Shown: one piece after another, positions 28,001 through 36,526 of the stretch
Layout: each line of letters opens with the position of its first letter
Position numbering within the stretch: position 1 is the first letter of the stretch
Assembly (NCBI GenBank): GCA_963804645.1
Contig: CAWDRG010000017.1
Coordinates: forward strand, 160,001-224,000
DNA length: 64,000 bases
Direction of reading: 5' to 3'
From: an uncultured Bacillota bacterium
Lineage (GTDB): Bacteria; Sysuimicrobiota; Sysuimicrobiia; Sysuimicrobiales; Segetimicrobiaceae
Translations under genes and position numbers: made by a program
Notes under the pieces: generated by a model
The model's database searches: none
Seen by the model: the letters and a program-made list of their open reading frames with translations, nothing else
Told to the model about the DNA's origin: nothing

Positions 28001-30065
28001 TGGTCGTAGTGATGTTCATCCCGTTGTATTCTGATGTGCTCCAGCGCTTCATCGCGTCCCAGAAGATCACGCCGGGCTCTGCGTGGTTGCGGGCGCCGTA
28101 GATCAACTCGCGCCAGACCTCGCGCGCCTTCACGGTCCGGGCGACGTGAACGCGGTCGTTGTCGAACGAGAGCGTCCAGTCGCTGTCGGACTCGACCGCC
28201 CGCATGAACGCGTCGCTGATCCGGACGCTGATGTTGGCGAAACGCACCTTGTCCACGTTCCGCTTGATCTTGACGAAATCGAGCACATCGGGGTGGTTGT
28301 CGGCGATCGTGATCATCAACGCGCCGCGCCGACCACTCTGGCCGATGGTACCGGTCGTGAGCGACATCAGTTCCATGAACGACGTCGACCCGGTACTCGT
28401 CCGCGCCGCGTTGTTCACGGGCGCGCCCGCCGGCCGCAGCACGCTGATGTCGGCGCCCACACCGCCGCCGAGCGAATACGTCCGCGCCGCCTGTTTCGTC
28501 CAATCGAAGATCGATTCGATCGAGTCATCTTTGATTGGAATTACATAGCAGTTGTGGGAAACTGCGAACTCGGCAACGAACGAATGGTCATCGTCTACGG
28601 TGAGGTCGTAGACGGTCTCCGTGGAAGGCTCCGTCCACTCGGCGGCCTTCACCTTTACGAACAAATCACCGTCGACGACCTTGTAAAAATAGTTGCGCGG
28701 CGACTCTTCAAACACGGATTCGTACGCATAGTCGCCCTCGATCCACGCGTGCAGCGCATCGACGTAGCGCTGCGTCCCCACCTGAACCCACATGCCGCGG
28801 TGCCGGGTGTACTTGAGGATTCCCTCCCATCGAATCGCCGGCGCGATGCCAAGGCGCACGAGCAGGAGGAACACCTGACGGACAAGCTCGGGGTTCGCGA
28901 GGAAGATCTTCACGAAGTCCTGACGGACAGTCCCGTCGCCTGACAGCAGCCCCGCCACAAACGCCTTCTGAATCGACGTGGGTGCCGTCATGAACCAGGC
29001 CGGCAGCGTCTTGTCATGGGCGTGCGTCGCGCCCCCGCACAGCGATCGGACGAACTCGACGAGCAACTTGCTGTGGACGTTGACACGCATCCAGTGACCG
29101 GGCTGGTCCTCGCGCCGCTGGATCGCCGCCTCGACACCGAAGATCTGCTGCGTTAGGTTGTAGATCGCCTCGGCATACACTTCCTCGTCCTTGCTGAACG
29201 TGAAGTACACCGTGTTGTCTGTCACGCCGCCTTCGGCCATGAAAAACCCGAGCCACAGCCCGAAGCGCTCATCGAACGGGATCGACCGGCGGACCCGCTT
29301 GCTCTCCGCCACGCTCCGCGCGCCCTGTCCGCCGACGTAGGCCGTGGCCGTATACATCCCAGCCTCGTCCTCCAGCGTGTCGGCGCTCACGAAGTTCGCC
29401 AAATCGAGATCCCACGACGGCAGCGTTTCGCCGATGCATCCGACCTTGACGTAATGGTCGGGCGTGAGGTCCTTCGCTTCCACCCAATCGACGCGCGTCC
29501 CGTCGAACGCGAGAAACGGGTGTTTGCCCGTGGCCCTGACCGGCTGATCGCCCAGATACCAGAAGCGCACGGTGCGCAGCGGTTCGTTGACCTCGCGGGA
29601 CATCGTATGCGTGACCGGACGGTACCGGTTCTTGTGGGTGAGGACTTCCTCGCCCGGCCGGATCTCCTCGATCGGCTTGATGCCCCGCCGCGTGACCACG
29701 CGCGTCCCGGCCGGGAAGCAGTTCAGGGCCGTCACGCGCTTCTGGTTGCCCACCGCGTGCATGATGCGCCCGCCCGGGATGAACCGGAATCCATCAAGCA
29801 GCCAGTAGAACTCCTGCGCGTACCGCTCCCGCCCCGCCTCGGTGGGCTCGACGCTCGCCAGCCCGCGCGCGATCCGCTGCCACATCGCCACCGGCGTCCG
29901 CTCGAGGATGCGCCCGTCGGGATCGCGCAGCGCGTACTTGTCGTGGAACACGCGCGCGCGCAGCGCATCACCGTTGAAAAACTCCAATGTCTCGGGTGCG
30001 ATCGCGTTCGGGTCGGCACCAGCTGCGGTTGCTCCTGTGGTGATCTGCTGCGGCGTGACGGCCAT
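25059..30065 (-). CDS. nrdJ: Adenosylcobalamin-dependent (class II) ribonucleotide reductase with two inteins; about 831 aa after splicing
   Basis: PGGRI, N|CYV, GGGVG, RRGALM, TNPC|SE, RRIGVGFTG, SGIEP, KGITVYRD; C-terminal CPDCG...CGYSKC; AGGAGGAG RBS before ATG 30065. Confidence 0.95.
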   Translation of the reverse strand: MAVTPQQITTGATAAGADPNAIAPETLEFFNGDALRARVFHDKYALRDPDGRILERTPVAMWQRIARGLASVEPTEAGRERYAQEFYWLLDGFRFIPGGRIMHAVGNQKRVTALNCFPAGTRVVTRRGIKPIEEIRPGEEVLTHKNRYRPVTHTMSREVNEPLRTVRFWYLGDQPVRATGKHPFLAFDGTRVDWVEAKDLTPDHYVKVGCIGETLPSWDLDLANFVSADTLEDEAGMYTATAYVGGQGARSVAESKRVRRSIPFDERFGLWLGFFMAEGGVTDNTVYFTFSKDEEVYAEAIYNLTQQIFGVEAAIQRREDQPGHWMRVNVHSKLLVEFVRSLCGGATHAHDKTLPAWFMTAPTSIQKAFVAGLLSGDGTVRQDFVKIFLANPELVRQVFLLLVRLGIAPAIRWEGILKYTRHRGMWVQVGTQRYVDALHAWIEGDYAYESVFEESPRNYFYKVVDGDLFVKVKAAEWTEPSTETVYDLTVDDDHSFVAEFAVSHNCYVIPIKDDSIESIFDWTKQAARTYSLGGGVGADISVLRPAGAPVNNAARTSTGSTSFMELMSLTTGTIGQSGRRGALMITIADNHPDVLDFVKIKRNVDKVRFANISVRISDAFMRAVESDSDWTLSFDNDRVHVARTVKAREVWRELIYGARNHAEPGVIFWDAMKRWSTSEYNGMNITTTNPCSLVGSTYVMTPSGLHRLDRLVEDAVRDRSNPTVLIDRRAGDARGVAAVRADALAFTGVKRIFRVETTSGFTIRGTGDHKVKVLNDETPDPVHDSKGWKRIDELQPGDVLAVADPNAPRVVDAMFGERSPYLHIDHAWVQPRRRDAHYSLINIPEQWDDDLAYLLGYAVGDGSYTNHSSREHGKRLDIHMHIEDAPFVKPVLDRVTGRCVRVRKGVAVGVGVAVAVDSGTAPEYPLHTVPGTHRAWMSVHSSAFLRMLAALGLRPAVAHEKTVPDTVLTAPRDATAAFLRGLFDADGSVSRPSDRPMISLSSASRTLIQQTQLLLLQFGIFSTVTTYRAEQKNATRSGLRYTTVAGEEREYQSVRDSYKLSIGGYPSIERFAESVGSALPRKREAIAALRSVRSLALRDVTETTHVAEVVDEGVSEPVYDLTVLDTKSFLANGLVVSNSEIPLEPYGCCCLGNLSLGEFVTDEFSPQAQVDWPHLEQALRLATRFLDNVLDYNADKHPLPAQREASLYSRRIGVGFTGLGDLLCKLRLKYDADDAVMFVDRTFERIKNIVYDESVNLAIEKGPFPGYDREKHLQGAFIYTLEPKVIERIREHGLRNVAVLTVPPVGSGAALAGTTSGIEPMFDLSYTRRSESLSQNTFTVYHPLVRSYMEKFGLKDESELPPFFVTAHEIKPEMRVQMQAAIQKHIDHSISSTVNCPADTTEEGVAEIYFKAWKLGCKGITVYRDSSRENILTAGTARSVKAASGEGTAVAIPEAPAGSKAPLVHEAQSVELVHHKRPRPKVTTGRTERIETPRGRIYVTINEDAKGVCEVFVQSLDVEADAIGRLASLALRTGADPRDVIEQLWRVQSREVAIDRSADGTIARVATIAQGVALAIGRALYGSWFRPDQAFPMADRLPEPRIGNGHANGHTHVEDAAPAGEAARTDPEVPVEVQQPLLTFAGVCPDCGSSLVYENGCSHCRSCGYSKC
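26652..27992 (-). mobile_element. Intein 2 in nrdJ (447 aa) with LAGLIDADG homing endonuclease; Ser1, ends SN, Ser+1
   Basis: SLVGSTYV; block B GTGDHKV; LLGYAVGDG and FLRGLFDADG; VYDLTV...ANGLVVSN|SEIPL. Confidence 0.9.
28551..29720 (-). mobile_element. Intein 1 in nrdJ (390 aa) with LAGLIDADG homing endonuclease
   Basis: C1 CFPAGTRV; block B ATGKHPF; LGFFMAEG and FVAGLLSGDG; VYDLTV...SHN|C+1. Confidence 0.93.
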
Positions 30066-30123
30066 CTGCGTCTCCTCCTGGGTAGAAGTGGACAGCTGGG
30101 GCGACCCCGGGGTATCCATCGGA

Positions 30124-30648
30124 TTAGTTCCGGTCGGTGCGGTGCGGTGCGAGCGGAATCAGCAGGATCTGAGATGCGAGCTCAGCTTCGTGCTGCTTTC
30201 GCGCCTTGAGCGCCTCGATCTCCTCGACCAGACGGTCGACATCGCCCATGCGCCGGTACACGGAGACGAATCGCACGTACGCGACGTCGTCGAGATCGCG
30301 CAGGCGCTCGATCACCCGGTCGCCGATCTCACGGCTGGGCACTGTCGGATTACCGGTATCCAGCACCGCGCGCTCGATCTCTTCGGCGACGCGCTCCAGC
30401 GTCTCGCCGGGCACCGGGCGCCCCTCGCAGGCGCGCACGAGACCGGTCAGCACCTTGGCGCGATCAAACGGCTCCCGGCGACCGTCCCGCTTGAGCACCG
30501 ACACGAGCACGCGCTCCGCGCGTTCAAATGTCGTAAACCGCTTGCTGCACGCCTCGCATTCCCGGCGCCGCCGGATCCCGTCTCCGTCCTCGATCGAGCG
30601 GGAATCCAAGACCCTCGTTCTCCGCGAACTACAATAGGGACATCGCAC
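30124..30648 (-). CDS. nrdR: Transcriptional repressor NrdR
   Basis: RCPYC...VLDSR...IRRRRECEAC..RFTTFE, ATP cone, DDVAYVRFVSVYR. Confidence 0.96.
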   Translation of the reverse strand: MRCPYCSSRRTRVLDSRSIEDGDGIRRRRECEACSKRFTTFERAERVLVSVLKRDGRREPFDRAKVLTGLVRACEGRPVPGETLERVAEEIERAVLDTGNPTVPSREIGDRVIERLRDLDDVAYVRFVSVYRRMGDVDRLVEEIEALKARKQHEAELASQILLIPLAPHRTDRN

Positions 30649-30663
30649 AGGCGTTCGATCCTT

Positions 30664-30716
30664 TATCAAGATCTAGCAGCAGGAAGGATCGTAGCATACT
30701 ATATGTTGTGGCTCAA
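30664..30716 (-). promoter_or_regulatory. nrdR-nrdJ promoter with tandem NrdR boxes
   Basis: Boxes ATACTATATGTTGTGG (30696-30711) and TATCAAGATCTAGCAG (30664-30679), 32 bp apart; minus-strand TTGAGC-17 nt-TACGAT promoter overlapping box 1. Confidence 0.85.
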
Positions 30717-30918
30717 GGGTAGAATTCGTGGTCCACCATCGCGAGAGTTTCTCAGCGTCCCCGTACCGCGTTCACCCGTGCCAACACGCCGTTTCTCTAA
30801 TTTTTCCCTAGATTTTTAATCGTGCCATAACGAGCGGTCACGGTCAGACGGCGAGCAGAACCAGCGCTGTGGAACGCCCGCGGTCGCGGCGCGCGAGCGC
30901 GATACAACCGCCCCGCGC

Positions 30919-31998
30919 TCACCAGAAGGTCGCGAGCGGAACCGCGCTGAGCACGAAGATGCCGACGAGCACGGCCGCCGCCACGAGGTGCATCGGGGAC
31001 ACCGGGCTCACGTCGTCGAGCGGGCCGGGGTGCCCCCGGCGGATCAGCACGAGAATCAGGAGACTCATCACCCAGTAGCCGAACACGATGCCCGCGACGA
31101 CCCCGGCATACGACAGGATCGTGTGCAGGCGCGGGCCGAACACCGCCCGCGTCACGTGGCCGCCGTCGAGCATCCCCGCCGGAAGCAGGTTGAGGGCCGT
31201 CACCAGGAGTCCCACCCAGCCGGCAAACGCCATCGGATGGATCAGTACCTCGGCGTTCGCCGCCGGGTGCAGCAGCCATCCGACGAGGAGATTCAGGAGC
31301 TGCGGGGTCGGAATCTCCGTCACGTGACAGCCGTTCGCGAGAATCGCCGCGTGGGAGATCACGAGCGAGTGGGCCACGCCGTAGATCAAGACCGGCACGG
31401 CCACGACAAATCCCGCGATTGGTCCGCTCGCCCCCAGCTCGATCAGCGCGTCGCGGTTCGGCGCGGGCATGCGGGTCAGAATGACCGCCCCCATCGTCCC
31501 GATCGCAAACCCGGGCAGCGGCACCATCGGGATGAAGTACGGCAGACTCGCGTCGATCCGCCGCCGGATCGAGACGATCTTGTGCCCCATCTCGTGGCAC
31601 ACCAGGATCGCCAGTAGCGACAGCGAGAACTCGACCCCGCCGATGATCGGGCTGACGAGCCCCGGCACGCAGCCCCCGCTGGAGTTCAGATACCCGGCCA
31701 CAAACGTCGTGACGAGGGTCCCGAGGAACAGCCCGATCGGCAGCAGCCAGCGCGTCGGGGCCGCCGGGGGCTTCGGCGCGAGCGTGAGCACGGTCTCGTG
31801 GTCGTGATGCCGCAGGAGCGGCAGGAACCCGAGCGGAGCGAGTTGGTCCCGAAGGCGGAGAAACTGCGCCTTATCGTCCGGCCCGGGCAGGATCGCGAAC
31901 ACCGGCCGGCCGTCCTGGAACCACACCTCCCGAACCGTAAAGCAGGTATGGACCGCCGCACGGACCGCGGCGTATCGTTCGTCTGGGGCCATGACCAT
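30919..31998 (-). CDS. Site-2 protease (M50 family)
   Basis: HEMGH, PYFIP, GASGPIAG, NLLPAGMLDGGH. Confidence 0.92.
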   Translation of the reverse strand: MVMAPDERYAAVRAAVHTCFTVREVWFQDGRPVFAILPGPDDKAQFLRLRDQLAPLGFLPLLRHHDHETVLTLAPKPPAAPTRWLLPIGLFLGTLVTTFVAGYLNSSGGCVPGLVSPIIGGVEFSLSLLAILVCHEMGHKIVSIRRRIDASLPYFIPMVPLPGFAIGTMGAVILTRMPAPNRDALIELGASGPIAGFVVAVPVLIYGVAHSLVISHAAILANGCHVTEIPTPQLLNLLVGWLLHPAANAEVLIHPMAFAGWVGLLVTALNLLPAGMLDGGHVTRAVFGPRLHTILSYAGVVAGIVFGYWVMSLLILVLIRRGHPGPLDDVSPVSPMHLVAAAVLVGIFVLSAVPLATFW

Positions 31999-32084
31999 GG
32001 TCTGAGCCTACCACGACGGACCGCGGTTGAAAACGCGGAGGAGCGGCACCGCGCGCGGCGCCGCCCCTCCGGCACGTCCTTGCG

Positions 32085-33158
32085 CTAGCGCTTGCGGAGG
32101 AACGCCGGGATGTCGAGATCCTCCAGCCCGAGCCGGGGCGCCTGTGCCTCCCGCGGCGCGACGGTCCCCTCCGCCGCCGGCTCGGCGGCGTCTTCGATGT
32201 GGCGGGTGCCCTCGAACCCGGTCGCGATGACCGTGATCTGGATCTTCCCGTCGAGCGACTCGTCGAGCACCGCCCCGAAGATGATGTTCGCCTCCGGATC
32301 GGCCGCCTGCTGCACGACCTGGGCCGCCTCGTTGATCTCGAGCATGCCGAGATCCATCCCGCCCGTGATGTTCATCAGCACGCCGCGCGCGCCCGCCATC
32401 GACGTCTCGAGGAGCGGGCTCGCGATCGCGGCCTGCGCCGCGGCCACGGCCCGGCCCTCCCCGCTTGCCGACCCGATCCCGATCAGCGCGGAGCCGGCCT
32501 CGGCCATGATCGTGCGCACGTCCGCGAAGTCCAGGTTGATGAGCCCGGGGACGGTGATGAGGTCCGCGATCCCCTGCACGCCCTGCCGCAGCACGTCGTC
32601 CGCGACCCGGAACGCCTCCACAACGGTCGCCGTCTTGTCGACCACCGCCAGCAGCCGATCGTTCGGGATCGTGATCACGGTGTTCACCCGCTGCCGGAGA
32701 TTGCGGATGCCCTCCTCGGCCGCGCCCGAGCGGCGCCGGCCCTCAAAGTTGAACGGGCGGGTGACCACCCCGATCGTCAGGGCGCCCAGTTCGCGCGCGA
32801 CCTGCGCCACCACCGGTGCGCCCCCGGTCCCTGTCCCGCCGCCCATGCCGGCGGTCACGAACACCATGTCGGCGCCCTCCAGGGCCTCGGTCAGCTCCTC
32901 GCGGTTCTCCTCCGTGGCCTGCCGGCCGATCTCGGGATCGCCGCCGGCGCCGAGTCCGCGCGTCAGCTTGCCGCCGACGTGAATCTTCTTGTCGGCGTTC
33001 GACAGCGCGAGGGCCTGCGCGTCCGTATTGATCGCGATGAACTCGACGCCGCGAAGACCGGCGGTGATCATCCGATTGACCGCGTTGCTGCCGCCGCCGC
33101 CGACCCCGACGACCTTGATCGCTGCATAGCGCAGGAGATCCCGCTCCACATTCGCCAT
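32085..33158 (-). CDS. ftsZ: Cell division protein FtsZ
   Basis: [42 protein letters not shown] before ATG 33158. Confidence 0.98.
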   Translation of the reverse strand: MANVERDLLRYAAIKVVGVGGGGSNAVNRMITAGLRGVEFIAINTDAQALALSNADKKIHVGGKLTRGLGAGGDPEIGRQATEENREELTEALEGADMVFVTAGMGGGTGTGGAPVVAQVARELGALTIGVVTRPFNFEGRRRSGAAEEGIRNLRQRVNTVITIPNDRLLAVVDKTATVVEAFRVADDVLRQGVQGIADLITVPGLINLDFADVRTIMAEAGSALIGIGSASGEGRAVAAAQAAIASPLLETSMAGARGVLMNITGGMDLGMLEINEAAQVVQQAADPEANIIFGAVLDESLDGKIQITVIATGFEGTRHIEDAAEPAAEGTVAPREAQAPRLGLEDLDIPAFLRKR

Positions 33159-33390
33159 CCGCAAACCTCCTGAGACTTCGGGGGTTCCGCTGCCCCCCGG
33201 ACGTGTCTGACCGGGCCGTTCAGAGAGCAGCCGCTGTACCGGGTGCCACCGCTTCTGCGTCATTGATCCCTCTCCATTCGCTGCGAGTGATATCGTGCCG
33301 CGTGCGTCTCCATCCGCTGCTGCGTCCGTCTGGCGTCCCGTTTGCCCATCCTCACCTGCCGCGCCGCTTCTGACGGCGGTGCCGCGCGCC

Positions 33391-34632
33391 TCACGCGCCC
33401 AGCGCGAAGACGCGCAGCCACTGCCGCATCCGCCCGAACAGCGAGCCGGCCCCGTCCAGGCTGCGGCTCAGGCGCCCCGGCGACCGCTGGCGCGCGCCGT
33501 GCAGCACGAGCCCCACCCCGGTCGCGTACATCGGGCTGTCGACCGTGTGGCCCATCGTCCCCGCCACGTCGGGCACCCCGATGCGGGCGGGCATCTCGAG
33601 CTGCTCGGACGCCGCGTCGGCCATGCCCGCGAGCAGCGCCGTCCCGCCCGTCAGCACCACGCCCGCCGGAATAAGGTTGGCGTACCCCGACCGTTTGATC
33701 TGGGCCTTCACCATGCCCAGGATCTCGCTCAGGCGCGGCTCGATGATCTCCACGAGCGCGCGCCGCGGCCGCAGCTGCGCGTCGTGCGTGCCGATGCGGG
33801 GCACCTCGATCATCTCGCCGTCCGCGACCATCGACAGCATCGCGCACCCCTGCGAGATCTTGAGGCGCTCGGCCTCCGCGATCGGGGTGCGCAGCCCCAC
33901 CGCGATGTCGTTGGTGATATGGCTGCCGCCGACCGGCAGGATCGCCGTGTGGCACAGCCCGCCGCCGATGAAGATGCCGACGCTCGTGGTGCCGCCGCCG
34001 CTGTCGACGAGGGCCACGCCCAGGTCGCGCTCCGCCTGCGTCAGCACCGACTGGCCGGACGCGAGCGGCTCGAGCACGAGGTCCTCGACCTCCAGCCCGG
34101 CGCGCTGCACACACTTGAGAAGGTTGGCGAGCAGCGTCCCCGCGCCCGTGACGATGTGGGCGTCGACCTCGAGCCGGGACCCGTACATGCCGACCGGATT
34201 CTTGACGCCGTCCTGTCCGTCCACGACGAAGTCGCGCGGGATCAGGTGCACGATCTCCCGGTCGCTCGCCGGAATGGCCGTCATCCGCGCCGCCTCGACG
34301 ACCCGCGCGATGTCCTGCTCGGCGATCTCGTGATCGGCGCGGGACACCGCCACGACGCCGCGGCTGTTCTGCGAGGCCACGTGCTCACCGGAGACCGACA
34401 CGAACGCCGCGCCGACCTTGGTCCCGGCCATGCGCTCCGCGCGATCGACGGCTTCCCCGATCGCCCGAGTCGTCGCGTCGAGATCGACGACGACGCCTTT
34501 CCGGACACCCGTAGAAGGGGAGGTCCCCATCCCCTTGATGTGGACCTCCGCCTCGTCGTCCTGATCTGCGATGATGACACAGACCTTGGTGGTCCCCACG
34601 TCCAGCCCCACCAGCGGTCCCCTTCTCGCCAC
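33391..34632 (-). CDS. ftsA: Cell division protein FtsA
   Basis: [35 protein letters not shown]-terminal amphipathic helix. Confidence 0.97.
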   Translation of the reverse strand: MARRGPLVGLDVGTTKVCVIIADQDDEAEVHIKGMGTSPSTGVRKGVVVDLDATTRAIGEAVDRAERMAGTKVGAAFVSVSGEHVASQNSRGVVAVSRADHEIAEQDIARVVEAARMTAIPASDREIVHLIPRDFVVDGQDGVKNPVGMYGSRLEVDAHIVTGAGTLLANLLKCVQRAGLEVEDLVLEPLASGQSVLTQAERDLGVALVDSGGGTTSVGIFIGGGLCHTAILPVGGSHITNDIAVGLRTPIAEAERLKISQGCAMLSMVADGEMIEVPRIGTHDAQLRPRRALVEIIEPRLSEILGMVKAQIKRSGYANLIPAGVVLTGGTALLAGMADAASEQLEMPARIGVPDVAGTMGHTVDSPMYATGVGLVLHGARQRSPGRLSRSLDGAGSLFGRMRQWLRVFALGA

Positions 34633-34691
34633 TCAGACCCACCTCCGGCCAAGCGTCACCGGGTGACGAGAGACGGCCATTTCAACGATAT

Positions 34692-35609
34692 TCAACGATG
34701 CGGTGGGTTCTCCTGCCCCGGAGCCGCCGATGACGCGGTCGCGGGCACACTGCGCGTCGCGGCGGGCGTGCCGGTCGCGGCGGCGGCCGCTCCCACGGGC
34801 GTCGCGGGCGCGGCCGGCAGGACGATGATGTTGCCCGGCACGCGCAGATCGACGTAGCGGGCGCGAATGCCGCGGGCGCGCACGGCCGCCAGCACCCTCG
34901 GGGCGAGGGCCAGCCGCTCGTCGAGGCCGTCGGGGCCCCCCGCTTTGACCCAGGTGCCGTCCCGCGTCTCAAGGATCAGCTCGCCGGCCTCCACCCGCAC
35001 CGCCGTCACCTGGGACCGGAGCACCGGCGAGAGGCCCGCCGCCACCGCGGCCCCGAACCGGACGTCGTCCGAGGGCACGGCGGTGCCGAGCTGCAGCCAC
35101 GGCAGCGCGAGCGGCTGCACCTCGAGCCGGAGCCCGCGTCCGGGCGTCGCGGCGCGCGAGATCGCGACCCCGTCCCCCCCGATCTCCACATACCCGCCCG
35201 GCAGCACCAGCGCGGCGACGGGATCGCGCTCCCGGACCGACACCACGAGGGCGTGGGGAAACGACAGCGCGACGGCCGCGTCCGCCACGCGGGGGTCCTC
35301 CAGCAGCCGGCGGCGGATCTCGAAGGCGTTCACGCGGAAGGCACTGTCGCCCGGGCGCACGCCGAGCCGCTCGAGCGCCTCGCCGGTCGGCAGCGCGGCG
35401 TTGCCGCGCACCGAGACCGACGTCAGGGCGAACGCCGAGGAGCTGGGCAGCGAGGCGACGGCGCACAGGGCGCAGATCGCCGCGAGAAACCGTCCGAGCC
35501 GGTCGAAGCGGGCCCAGTCCGCCGACCGGGCCGGCGACCGGTCGACCGGCCGATCGACGACGGCGGTCCGCCGGGGCGGCTTGGGCATCGCGGTCGCCCG
35601 CCGCCTCAT
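34692..35609 (-). CDS. ftsQ: Cell division protein FtsQ/DivIB
   Basis: TM helix, POTRA (VSVRGN...FPHALVVSVRER), YVDLRVP; position between murB and ftsA. Confidence 0.88.
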   Translation of the reverse strand: MRRRATAMPKPPRRTAVVDRPVDRSPARSADWARFDRLGRFLAAICALCAVASLPSSSAFALTSVSVRGNAALPTGEALERLGVRPGDSAFRVNAFEIRRRLLEDPRVADAAVALSFPHALVVSVRERDPVAALVLPGGYVEIGGDGVAISRAATPGRGLRLEVQPLALPWLQLGTAVPSDDVRFGAAVAAGLSPVLRSQVTAVRVEAGELILETRDGTWVKAGGPDGLDERLALAPRVLAAVRARGIRARYVDLRVPGNIIVLPAAPATPVGAAAAATGTPAATRSVPATASSAAPGQENPPHR

Positions 35610-36526
35610 GCCGGATCGAACTCCCCGATCAGCTTCACCTCGGTCGCGAGCTCGATCCCAGACCGCGTGCGTACCTGCTCGCGCACCTTCCCGATCAGGG
35701 CCAGCACCTCGGCGGCGCTGGCGCCGCCCACGTTGAGGATATAGTTGGCGTGGCGGTCGCTCACGACCGCGCCCCCGACGCTCAGGCCCTTCCCGCCGGC
35801 CTGGTCGATCAGCCGGCCGGCGTGGTCGCCCGGCGGGTTGCGGAACACGCAGCCCGAGCTCGGGGGGCCGAGCGGCTGGGTGTCGCTCCGGTGGCGCAGC
35901 CAGTCCTCCAGGCGCGCCACGGTGACGGCCGGGTCCTCCGGAACGAGCACGAACTCGGCCTCGAGGACCACCACATCCGCGTGCTGCAGCTCGCTTTCCC
36001 GGTAGCCGTACGCCAGGCGGCGCGACGACCACACGGCTTCCCCCGCCGCCCCGACGACCCGGACGCTCTGCACCACGTCGGCCGTGGAGCGGCCGTGCGC
36101 GCCCGCGTTCATCACGACCGCGCCCCCGACGGACCCCGGCACGCCGCCGGCGAACTCCAATCCGGACAACCCCCGCACCGACGCCTGACGGGCGAGATAC
36201 GGCATGCTCACGCCGCACTCCGCGACGACCCGCGGGCTGTCGAAGCGCAGGCCTTCCTGGCCGCGCCCCGTTTTCACCACGACGCCGCGCACGCCCCGGT
36301 CGGCGATCAGCACGTTGCTGCCGCGGCCGAGCACGATAAACCGCTCGCCTTCCGCGGCGAGCCAGCGGACGACCCTGGCGAGATCGTCGAGGGTGCGCGG
36401 CAGCACGAGGACATCGGCGGGCCCGCCGATGCGGAACGTCACATGGCGCGCGAGCGGCTCGTCGCGCCGGACCTGGCCCGGCGCGAGGCGCTCCAGCGCG
36501 GCCGCCAGCGCCTCGGGGCTAGCCAC
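35606..36526 (-). CDS. murB: UDP-N-acetylmuramate dehydrogenase
   Basis: TFRIGGPA, GRGSNVL, PGSVGGAVVMNAGA, SSGCVFRNP, HANYI. Confidence 0.96.
   Translation of the reverse strand: MASPEALAAALERLAPGQVRRDEPLARHVTFRIGGPADVLVLPRTLDDLARVVRWLAAEGERFIVLGRGSNVLIADRGVRGVVVKTGRGQEGLRFDSPRVVAECGVSMPYLARQASVRGLSGLEFAGGVPGSVGGAVVMNAGAHGRSTADVVQSVRVVGAAGEAVWSSRRLAYGYRESELQHADVVVLEAEFVLVPEDPAVTVARLEDWLRHRSDTQPLGPPSSGCVFRNPPGDHAGRLIDQAGGKGLSVGGAVVSDRHANYILNVGGASAAEVLALIGKVREQVRTRSGIELATEVKLIGEFDPA

Noticed and set aside
30131..30151. CGGTG microrepeat
   Set aside because: Short, lies within the nrdR 3' coding end, and expected in GC-rich DNA.
30650..30918. Cobalamin riboswitch upstream of nrdR-nrdJ
   Set aside because: No recognisable B12 box or conserved core; NrdR boxes explain the regulation.
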